Part shown: positions 1 to 9,723 of the stretch, one piece after another | How positions within the stretch are numbered: the first letter of the stretch is position 1 | Layout of the letters: each line of letters begins with the position of its first letter | The notes under the pieces: generated by a model | The model's input: the letters and a program-made list of their open reading frames with translations, nothing else | Database searches by the model: none | What the model was told of the DNA's origin: nothing | NCBI GenBank assembly: GCA_030265395.1 | Contig: JARFYF010000055.1 | Location: 22,833,445 to 22,897,444 of the forward strand | Direction: 5' to 3' | DNA length: 64,000 bases | Source of the DNA: Rhina ancylostomus | Taxonomy: Eukaryota | Translations under genes and position numbers: made by a program

Positions 1-275
1 GGTTAATGACCACTGCCATTGATGATACAGGTCAGTGGCCCCAGGCATTGAGGGCAGGTTAGTGATCCCAGGCATAGATAATGGGTTCATGACCGAGGTA
101 CCAATGGCATCTCAATTATCCCAAAAACTGATGGCATATCATTGATCCCGAGCACAGAAAATGGGTCAATGAGAGCTTGCCATTGTTGGAACAGGTCAGT
201 GGGGCATCGTACAGAGTACGTACCAGCATGGACGGACATGTAGATTTGGTCAATGACACCAGACATTGATATAAA
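1..275 (+). repeat. Degenerate ~27-bp tandem repeat (minisatellite), truncated by window start
   Basis: Recurrent unit like GGTCAGTGACCCCAGGCATTGA(N5) starting at about 1, 30, 57, 84, 110, 137, 164, 194 and 248. Confidence 0.6.
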
Positions 276-499
276 GAATATATTCCAATTTACCAACAAG
301 TTGACTGATGAATGGGTTTCAGGAATGTAATTTGTTCATATGTTGAGGAGTGGCCATGTAATTTTTCTGCACAAAATATTAACTCAATTAATCTTCAGGA
401 TTTACTGCCACCTGAGAAGGTCTCACTTGTATAAACACTCCTAAAAATTCAAAGTTCAATTTCAGAATCACTCTGTCACGTATGGTATATAAAGTCCAA

Positions 500-790
500 T
501 GTTGGTCCAGTCTGGTGGTGAAAGCAAAACAAGTCACTTGTCTTACTCTCCACTTCTTCAGAGTTAGCATGAACATTGACATGCAACAATTAATCTGCTT
601 AATATTCAACAGACTGAGCCTCCATAATACCTGGTAACTATATGTAGAGCTTACCACCAGATATAGTGTGAGGAAATAAGTATTATTTCCAACATGATGT
701 TCAGAAAATGTTCTTGCATCTTCACACCACCCAATGACCTAAATTACATCAAAAGAAGATATCTTGAACAAAAATGCCGGATAACACACT
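500..790 (+). mobile_element. Highly decayed LINE (RTE-like) C-terminal remnant
   Basis: Frameshifted translation loosely resembles the RTE C-terminus (FQH..LRKIL.I...ITNEE.L pattern); very diverged. Confidence 0.25.
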
Positions 791-912
791 TAGTTTTCTC
801 CTTCCAAGATAGGGTTTAGCATGCACCCTGCCTCACCCTTTTGAGTTGAATTCAACAGAACCTTTAATCAAAATTAGGTTTCAAAAATAAACTGGTCACA
901 TCCATCCCAAGG

Positions 913-1210
913 TAAGAGAAAATAAGAGATCTTATTAGTCGCATGTACATCGAAACACACAGTGAAATGCATCTTTTGCATAGAGTGTTCTGGGGGCAGC
1001 CCGCAATTGTCACCACACTTCCGGTGCCAACATAGCATGCCCACAACTTCCTAACTAGTAAGTCTTTGGAATGTGGAAGGAAACCGGAGCACCCGGAGGA
1101 AACCCACACAGACACTGGGACAACGTACAAACTCCTTACAGACAATGGGTGGAATTGAACCTGGGTCACTGGCACCATAATAGCATTACACTAACTGCTA
1201 CACTACCATG
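913..1210 (-). mobile_element. tRNA-derived V-SINE (HE1-related), near full length
   Basis: Minus strand has an A-box-like GTAGTGTAGCAGTTAG, B-box GGTTCAATTCC, V-domain TGGGTTTCCTCCGGGTGCTCCGGTTTCCTTCCACATTCCAAAGAC and tail GACTAATAAGATCTCTTA; homologous to 40015-40242 and 41058-41330. Confidence 0.85.
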
Positions 1211-1660
1211 TGAGACAGGTTCTGCCAGTGAGCCATTAGGCACCGTATATGTGTCCCAAAATAACTCAGTTCTCTGAAGCTTGTACAATATTCCAACATG
1301 AGGAAAAAGAAAGAGTAGTTGGGGTTCAGGTATCACCTGTGTGCCCAAGCAACAATGATGGAACTGAGTGGTGGGGGACAGGGAGATAGATATAATTTAC
1401 AAGAGAAATACAAAACAAATTGCTTCATCCTGAACCCCAACCAGATCACAGTTGATTAGCTTCATCTAACTGCAGACTCGATAACTTTCATATTGTGAAT
1501 TGACAGTAAGTTTTCTCAGTTGAAATGCTTCCAGAAACTAACCATCTTCTTCTCCTTTTCATCCAACTAAGCAATGGATCCTTCCATTGGTAGGCTCACA
1601 GTCATTGGTATTGATAACAGAGGGAGCTGCATTCAGATGTGTAGCTGGGCCCAGGGCATT

Positions 1661-1935
1661 GAGTGGCAAGGTGGCACAGCAGTTAGCACATCTGCCTTAC
1701 ACTTCCAAGGATGCAAGTTTGATCCTGACCATGGGTGCTGATGTGTGGAGTTTGCACCCTCTCTGTGGCCATATGGATTTCCTCCCACATTCCAAAGATG
1801 TGCTGGTGGGTTAATTGGCTACGGTATTTTACCCAGGTATAGGTAAATCAAGCGAAGTTGATGGGGATGTGAGAGAGAATAAATTACAGGAAAATAAAAG
1901 GAAGGGGTGGGGTGGGATCAATAGGATTGCTCATC
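1661..1935 (+). mobile_element. V-SINE/HE1-type tRNA-SINE, diverged
   Basis: GGTGGCACAGCAGTTAG head, GTTTGATCC B-box and TTTCCTCCCACATTCCAAAGATGTGC V-domain; homologous to 26610 and 37483 copies. Confidence 0.8.
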
Positions 1936-1940
1936 TCTAG

Positions 1941-2625
1941 TCATAGAACCATACAGCCTGGAAACAGGCCCCTTGGCCATTGTGTCTGTGACAGTCATCA
2001 AGATTATTTTAATCTTATTTCCCAGCACTCTGTGGCCTTCTATGCCAAGGTGTTTCAAATGCTCTTCTAAATACTGCTTAACTGTTATAAAAGTACCTGC
2101 CTCCAAAGACCTCTCAGACAGCAAGTTCCCATTTTCAAAAAATTCTTCCTCTAATTGTCTCTAAATCTTTTGCCTCTTGCCATTAACCTATGTGACCTCT
2201 TGTCATAGACTCCAAGGGAAAACTATCTACTGATGCCCTTTATAATTTTGTACATCTCAGTGAGGTATCCCTCAGCCTTCTCCAATTTAGAGCAAACAAC
2301 CGCAGCCTCTCCAGTCTCCCAGCATAGCTGAAACACCCCATCCCAGGCACATCCTGGTGAACCTCCTTTATACCCTCTCCAATGCAGTCACACAACTAGA
2401 ACTGCACACAGTAATCCAGCTGTGACATAACTAATGTTTTATCTAGTTGTACTATAACCTCCCTGCTCTTATATTCTATGCCCATGTGCCTTCTTAACCA
2501 CCTTATCTCTCTGTACTGTAGCTTTCAGGGATCCTTGGACATGTACACATAAGTTCCTCTGTTCCTTAGTACTTCTTAGTGTCCTACCATTTATGGTGTA
2601 GCTCTGAAATATCCTGGACTCCTCG
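1941..2625 (-). mobile_element. CR1 (HER1-like) LINE 3' fragment
   Basis: Reverse-strand CR1 3' end CATAGAACCATACAGC..GAAACAGGCCC; ORF pieces YTINGRTLRSTKEQRNLCVHVQGSLKATVQRDKVVKKA and LEAGTFITVKQYLEEHL match the CR1 ORF2 C-terminus. Confidence 0.85.
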
Positions 2626-2899
2626 AACTGTGAAAGCAGTGGATACAGCAAAAATGATCATAAAGCAAATTAAAATCCTCAAGGACAAATGGACAGGGAA
2701 AATGGGAGGTAAAAATTTAAGTATTTCCATCCCAGACACTTATTCACTTACTTACCATCCACTTATTATCCAGAACAGGTGACCAATAGCTTTCCACAGC
2801 CACATCAGTCACTAGGATATTTTAAGGAGACTGCATTAATGACTTTGCATTTTAACCCACACAGCTTAGTTTTCCCCAGATTCAGGCATGACAGCTGAT

Positions 2900-3222
2900 A
2901 AAAGGTGACAAGATCATCTTGATAGGGTGGATTTCCAAAACAAAGGGTCACTGTTTAAAAACAAAAGCATCACCATTTAAAATAGAGATGGTGTTCTTTG
3001 GAACTCTCTTCCTCAAAGGGAGTGAAAACAGAGTGACTGAATATTGTAAGGCAGAAGTAGATAGATTGTTGATAAGCAAGAAGGGGGTGAAAGGTTACCA
3101 GGGATAAGTAGGAATGCAGAGATGAGGTTGCAGTGAGATCAGCCATGATCTAATTGAGTTGGGGAGCAGGTTTGAAGGATCGAATGGCCTACTCCCCCCA
3201 TCACATGCATTTGTATGTTTGC
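2900..3222 (+). mobile_element. CR1 LINE 3' fragment
   Basis: SKTKGHCLKTKASPFKIEM...KAEVDRLLISKKGVKGY followed by the typical 3' UTR GATCAGCCATGATCTAATTGA...GAATGGCCTACTCC. Confidence 0.8.
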
Positions 3223-5814
3223 AATCACCAAAACAAATGCATTTGCAACTCAGGTTATAGGCCAGGAGGAGCAGGAGTGAATCACCCAAACCTCACAGGC
3301 CCACATCTGTATACACCTTGTCACGTCTGACTTCCCACCCCAAGATTGTGATTTGATCTATACATCACAAAGCCTGTTGAAGAATTTACAAGGCACACTA
3401 CTTTCAATTTCAGCAGGATGCCCAGTTTTCCACCTGAAAACTATTCCCCTGCCCACACTCTTCATGGCTGCAGGACTGGCAATTCCTCTGGATATGTCCC
3501 TGTTCTGGTGGGTCAAGCCAGTCCCACAAGTTTCCAACGTCCACCACCTCTTTGCACAGACAGACCACAGCAACAGGTAAGATTCACCACATTTGGGAAG
3601 GACCTGGCTCTGCACTTGCTGTGCTCTGGTAATCCACTGGAGTTGGACACTGAAAGTGAACATTGATCCCTTCTGCCTGCAAGCAGAGTTAGTTGAGTTG
3701 TAATTTGCTGCTTTAAGATTAGTTACTGTTGCTTCTCCCCTGATGTTGGGGTGTGTCCAGAAAATGGAGCGTTGTGGGATGACACTGCAGCCAGCAAGAG
3801 GGACAGTCAGAACTTTCATCCCCCTGGCAGCCTGAGGGAAAATTGTCCCTTTAGTCGGATCATACTTCCTGTGAAGGTAGAAGTGCCAGTGCATTTACTG
3901 GGCCAACATAACTTGTCAGGTTCATTTATATGTAAAACATTTAAACATTTATTCAAACTTTTCGGCCTGTGGCAAAGAAGAAGAGCCTCTTCTTTCAGAA
4001 AACATGCACCAGAAATAGAAAATACATGACCCACATTTCTTTTTCCCATCATTCTTCATTGCAAGTGTAAATTTTCTCCATACAAACAGATAGTTGTTCT
4101 CTAGAATTCTCCTGCCTCTCCATGGCCTCTTGAATAAGTGTTGATTTTTAAATTTTTGTCAATATATTCTAAGCTTGGCCACACAACAATTATTGTGGCA
4201 ATTATCACCATTAATATTTCAGAAATTCTTTCTGAGATATAAATCTATCGACATTACAAATGTGTTTGCTTCTTCTGAGGCAGTTCCTCAAGTCGAGGAT
4301 TCTTCAACCTATTGGCTTCAAGATCACTGGGTAGGTAAATGTGAGGCCTGTAGACTCTGCCGCAGATGGCACAGGAAGTGCCTGAGGTGATGGTGGGTAG
4401 TTAGGGAGGTGCTACTTCCACCATCTACTGTCTGTGCACTCTCAACAGATGAACTCAAGGTTCTCATAGCCATCTGCAATGTTTCTCCTCCATTTTCAAT
4501 ACTATCATTGTCATGGAGGCTTTGAGAATACCCTTGAATCATTTAATCATCTTTCCATCTGGTAATCCTTTGTCATGATGGAACTTGAAGAAAAGTGCCT
4601 GTTTCAGTATTCTTATTGTCAAGCCTGCAAGTACAGTAGCCTGCGTATTAGTGCCAAATGAGTCTAATTAGTATCCTGAGAGAAGGCACTGATGTTGATT
4701 CACTTATGCTCCAAGTGGGTTTGGTGGATTTTGGGGAGGTAGCATTGGTGGTCCACCTCAATACATTGAGATGCCTGCTGTGGTAGTCCATGTCTCAGGT
4801 GTTTGCTGGAATGTAGAGATCAGTCCCATCCAGTAGACTCTGTGCTTTGAGGCATTGATCTTCAAACACTTTTCCTCCACTGGAGATGCCTCCTGAGATA
4901 TGGGAAGTTGTCCACATTTTCCTTGGTTTCATCTTGTTGGGCCTTTTAGGTCAGAAGGCAGTGTTGTTCAGTGGGGAGTGGACCTCTGCTTTGCAGGTGC
5001 ACTTTGTGTGTCCCAATCTCTTGTATGGGTCAATCAAGAATAACATGGAACTCAGCATCTAAATATAAACATGTGCTAGCATGGTCTGAAGTTATGATGG
5101 CCATAGCTATGGAGTGGAGGCAACGTATCATCCTATTGATTAGCTCCATTCCAGTGAGAAGCTTGCTGGGGGTGAGGTTCAACATTCTGATGGGGAGATT
5201 GAGACAAGTGTTGGGGCAACGAATCAGCTTTGCTTCCAGCACTCTGCACTGAAATTGGGTCTACTGGGGACTACTTGGTTTGCCTGCATGCCATCACATT
5301 GGCAAAGGTAAGATCGGGACAATTTACTGTGTACAGTCAAAATGAAGCGTAACACTCCATATCTGTCTCAATTGACAGAGTCAAAGGCTTTTGTGAGGTC
5401 AGTGAGGACCAGGTATAGCAGTTGATGGAGACAACCTGCTATTGTACTTTAAAATTACAATTCAGCAAGAAGCTTTTCAGTCAGTGGGAGGAGATAGTTA
5501 ACAAGGACCTTAGTGACAACTTCCTAGTTCCATCCACCCATCATCTACCCTGTTGAAAACAGCAGGGAGATCTCTCTGTAGTTAGCACAATCATGCTTTT
5601 TGTCTTTCATGAAGATTGTCATGATTACAGCATCTCGAAGATACATTGGTATACTCTCCGNNNNNNNNNNNNNNNNNNNNNNNNNNNNNNNNNNNNNNNN
5701 NNNNNNNNNNNNNNNNNNNNNNNNNNNNNNNNNNNNNNNNNNNNNNNNNNNNNNNNNNNNCATCTCGAAGATACATTGGTATACTCTCCGCTTCCCAGAT
5801 GTGTTTGTGAATTT

Positions 5815-5958
5815 AGAGTCATGGAGTCACGCATCACAAAATAGGTCCTTTGGCCCAACTGGTCCATGCCCACCAAGATACCCATCTAAGCTAGTCCCAT
5901 TCGCCCATATTTGGCCCATATCCCTCTAGATTTGTCCTATCCATGTACCTGTCCCTGA
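5815..5958 (-). mobile_element. CR1/HE1-type 3' tail nested in RTE
   Basis: Reverse complement of the tail at ~12495-12628 (GGACAGGTACATGGATAGG...GGGCCAAAGG.CCT.TTT). Confidence 0.8.
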
Positions 5959-6282
5959 ATTTGACAATGAATTTTCTCTCCAGCACATTTTCATGCTTCA
6001 GTAGAGAGATTGTCTGCTCCCAAAACCCTATTGTTTTTCACTTGGAATGTGGCCTTATTGTCTTTCTGTCAGTGAGAGATAACCATGAGGCTGGGCAGGA
6101 TAATTTGCTGTGGGATTGGGTCAAGGACCCTCATGCCAAAGACAGATTTCTTGTTGTGCTGGTTCCTGCTTGAGTGGTGGATGGTTTTGACAGACTTCTC
6201 ATGACAGTCAGCAAGTTTCTAGTCTTCTTGGGCTTTTTCCATACATCGTTTATTTTCATGTGTCACAGGTTTTCTGTCAGCC

Positions 6283-6612
6283 ATCTTCTCACAGCTACCA
6301 TCGGGCAGGAGGTACAGAAGCCTTAAGTCCCACACCACAAGGTTCAAGAACAGCTACTTCCATTCTTGAACCAACCAGTACGATCCTAATCACTGCAACA
6401 CTATGACCACTTTGCATCAAAATGGACTTTGTGTGTTTTTTTTGTTTTAATCATGTTCTTTCTTGTAAAAATTAGGTATAATTTGTTTATGTTTCTCTTG
6501 TGAATGCTGCTTATCTGATGCTATGTGCCTGTGATGCTGCTGCAAGTAAGTTTTTCATTACACCTATATATACATGCACTTGTGCATTTGACAATAAACT
6601 CAACTTCGACTT
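6283..6612 (+). mobile_element. Rex1/Babar LINE 3' end nested in RTE
   Basis: Encodes SQLPSGRRYRSLKSHTTRFKNSYF; same family as 8321-8630 and 27655-28150; ends TGACAATAAACTCAACTTCGAC. Confidence 0.85.
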
Positions 6613-6884
6613 TAAATCTCAGCCTACTGTTGCCTGTAGAGTTGCTTCTTTTCTCTTGAGGTATGGTGTATCTTCCAATCCATGAATGGATTTTGTAGCT
6701 AATTAGTACATGGGTCTTTTGGTCATTCAGGTCTGGTATATTCAGGCAGTGAAGCCAAGAGTGTCTTTAGAGGTACTAACTATGGCAGACTTCAGGGTAG
6801 TCCACATACTGTGGACATTCTGCAGCTTCTGTTCATTGGGAATTGTCAGGTTTTCTGGAAGGTCTGTCTGAGAAAAAAAGCATT

Positions 6885-7358
6885 GCTACAGAGCCCAAAT
6901 GCACAATGGAAGAACAACATTTCATATTCTGAATGGGTAGCTTGCAACCCAATGGTATGAATATTAAGTGTTCCAATTTCAGGTCACCCACACCCCCCTG
7001 GTGTCCTCCTCTTACACACACACACAGCTGAAACACCCAGGTTTCTTTTCCCTTTGATCACCTTATCCAACCTCTCTCTCTCCTCTGCTTCGTACTTCCA
7101 TCTGCCCATCATCTACCAACCACCACCATCCTGCCTCCATGTGGCTTCACCCATCACCTGCCAGCCTCTGTCCTACACCTCCCTTGTACTGCTATATACT
7201 GGCAATCTTTCCTCTTCCCTCTCAGTCCAAATGTAGGTCTTGGCCCAAAATGTCAACTTACACCTTTTGTCCCCGCAGATGTTGCTTGGCCCCTTGAGTT
7301 CTTCCAGTGTTATATTTTTTGTTCCAGATTCCAGCATCTGCAGTCTCTTTTGTCTTCT
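6885..7358 (+). mobile_element. Penelope-like element 3' end (GIY-YIG tail plus terminal repeat)
   Basis: EEQHFIF*MGSLQPNGMNIKCSNFR matches the PLE GIY-YIG C-terminus; then a pyrimidine-rich tract, a decayed hammerhead-like motif and CAGATGTTGCTTGGCCCCTTGAGTTCTTCCAG...GATTCCAGCATCTGCAGTC. Confidence 0.8.
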
Positions 7359-8320
7359 GTCTGAGAAGAGCTACCTTTGCAACGCCCATTAAAATTCGAC
7401 ATTGATGTTCTTGTGGCAGTATTTCTGTTGCTGCTGTTGGTTTAGGGCCTTACTGATGGAGGTAACAGCAGAGGTGAGCGCAGCAATCATCATCATGTAT
7501 CTCGAGCGATATGGACCTCCTTGTGGTCTCTCATTTGGACGATTACAGAGTCAACAGGTGCCAATGCTTGAATCATGGGCATTGCCAAGAGGAGGTGTGG
7601 CTGTCTCTCTGAAGAAATAGGATGTAGATTATGAAAATTTTGTGCTTGGAGTAGTTGGTCAGCAGGAGAACTTTGCTGAAGTTAGTTTTCCCTACTCCCC
7701 TCTTCTGAATCATACCTTTTCTGTGGATTGCATCTTTTCTGACCCTAATACTAAAGCCATCCAGGAGGGTTAATTTGTAAATCTTTAATAAAGAATAGAA
7801 TTACAATATTGTTAAACCACAGCACAAAGAGTAACCTTTCTCTTGAGAGTTTATTGCAATGAAATTAACCATAACGCCATGTTTATGATTAACACAGCCA
7901 CCCAGAGAGAATGATAATGGAATTTTTCACGAAAACTGTTCATTCCTTGTGGGGAAGGGGCACCCATAGTATTGTCAGGTTGGGAAATCCAGGACATTGA
8001 AATGCCACGACGATGGGATGATGATATCTGTCAGATTGACTATTGGGGAGGAATTTGGGGATGATATTGCAATGTGCCCCTCTGCCTCCCACCTCCCCCC
8101 CCACCCATTGTCAGGAAAGGTGTCAACAACAGACATGCTTCTCCCTTTATTCTCATACTCCTTTGCTCAGAACTGTTCATTAAGTTATAAGAAAACAATA
8201 TTACAGAAGAGTAAGTTATTAAACTCTTGAACCTGATGGTGTGGCACATCTGCACTTACCTGTCAGTTGTTGAGGGCTGTTCTCCCTGACCATCTACATC
8301 TCCATTGGCCTTTGCACATC

Positions 8321-8630
8321 AAAGTTGAAGTTGAGTTTATTGTCATATGCACAAGTGCATGTAGACACAGGTGCAATAAAAACCTTACTTGCAACAACAT
8401 CACATGCACAAAGAATTAGAGACATAACATTCACAAGAGAAACACAAATTAAACATAAATTATACAAAACTATAAAAGGAAGAACACAATTAGAACAAGA
8501 AAAATCAAAGTCCATTGTAGTGCAAAGTGGTCATAGTGTTGCTGTACTGAGGTAGTGATTAGGGTTGTACAGATTGGTTCAGGAACTGAATGGTTGAAGG
8601 GAAGGAGCTGTTCTTGAACCTGGTGGTGTG
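8321..8630 (-). mobile_element. Rex1/Babar LINE 3' end, 5'-truncated
   Basis: Reverse complement of 6283-6612 and closely similar to 27655-27975. Confidence 0.85.
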
Positions 8631-9638
8631 GCACATCTGCACTTGCCTGTCAGTTTGTAGAGGGCTGTTCTCCCTGGCCATCTACATCAGGCAGTGTGAA
8701 GGCCTGGCAAGGTATCACACAGGTCAAAACCCTGGAATATCCAGACATCCAATCAAAGATGGAAGAAGAGAGCATGGCACCTCTCCCATCTATCTCACTC
8801 ACCCATGGCAAAGTCTGTGCATCCCACTTGGTGTTTTCAGAACCCACTGCACCAGAGTGGAAGCAAATCATCCTTCTGCCTAGGAGACTGCCTAGGAAGG
8901 AGGAGATTACAGGCAAGAGTCTTCATCACAGTTCTTCAGTGTCACGGCTTAGATAAAGGGTGTGTTGTATGGTACATTAAATGGCAATCTAATATCTTAC
9001 TCTAAATTAAATTTAAATTGTTAACCAAAAGAAATCTTTGTATTTGGATTTTATTGATAAGTTTGCATTAAAAAAGTTGTTCCTTTGTGGAAAGTAAATG
9101 GCCCACATTAAGATAATTGCAAAGAAACACAAATAATATCACAACTGCCTAACAGAATCTTCCATAAACGAGTGTGTTTTTAAAGGTCTAAGGACTGAGG
9201 AACTAATATTAGTTGGAGAATTCACTCAAGTTAAAAACACTGACGCACAGACAGACACATATTCTCATTCATTCACTGGGAACGCAGCCCCAGTGATGAG
9301 GCTGCCAGGTGCCTACGTTTTTGCAATATGGCTTCTCCGCTTGAGAATGCCTCATGCCAGTGTTCCCAGGAAGCCATTCTAAATGGAGAAATTGCCCAGC
9401 CCTGGCACACAAACAAAGTACACTGAGATCTGATCCAGCCAGCTTTGGCTAATCATTAAACAAAACAGCACACAGCTCTAGTCCCCAGAAGAGTAGTAAT
9501 ATTGCCCCAGAGATTATTATTGGAACACAGGGATTGTTATGTAGAAAGAGGAAATCTGCTGGTTATGTCCTGTAAATAAAGAAATCCCCATCTCACCTCA
9601 CAACTATCCCAATCAATGGCTATTCCAGAAGTATGACA

Positions 9639-9723
9639 ATTTACATATTTGCATGTAAATGTATTTGGATGGATAAGTGATGTAATGAGATTAACATACA
9701 TATGACATGAGTATACATGTCAT
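9639..9723. promoter_or_regulatory. Candidate POU/octamer motif cluster
   Basis: ATTTACAT (9639), ATTTGCAT (9647), ATGTAAAT (9653), TAATGAGAT (9683) and inverted repeat ATGACATG-N6-CATGTCAT (9702-9723) in sequence where I recognised no repeat. Confidence 0.3.

Larger units (their letters stand above)
4268..7770 (-). mobile_element. Decayed RTE-clade LINE (APE + RT), interrupted by nested insertions; 5' region probably continues to ~8900
   Basis: IPMYLRDAVIMTIFMKDKKHDCANYREISLLFSTG matches the RTE pre-RT motif (IVTIFKKGDKSDCGNYRGISLL); LLDGFSIRV near 7740-7768 resembles APE GDFNARVG; the 3' end at 4268-4320 is the reverse complement of the RTE tail at ~24190-24225. Confidence 0.8.

Noticed and set aside
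5631-5790. Identical 30-bp sequence (CATCTCGAAGATACATTGGTATACTCTCCG) on both sides of a 100-N gap
   Set aside because: Best explained as an unmerged contig overlap; the RTE reads through if one copy and the gap are removed.
8548-8575. let-7-like sequence as a possible miRNA gene
   Set aside because: It has a 5-nt insertion relative to mature let-7, no complementary star arm nearby, and lies in a LINE 3' end; treated instead as a target site on the opposite strand.
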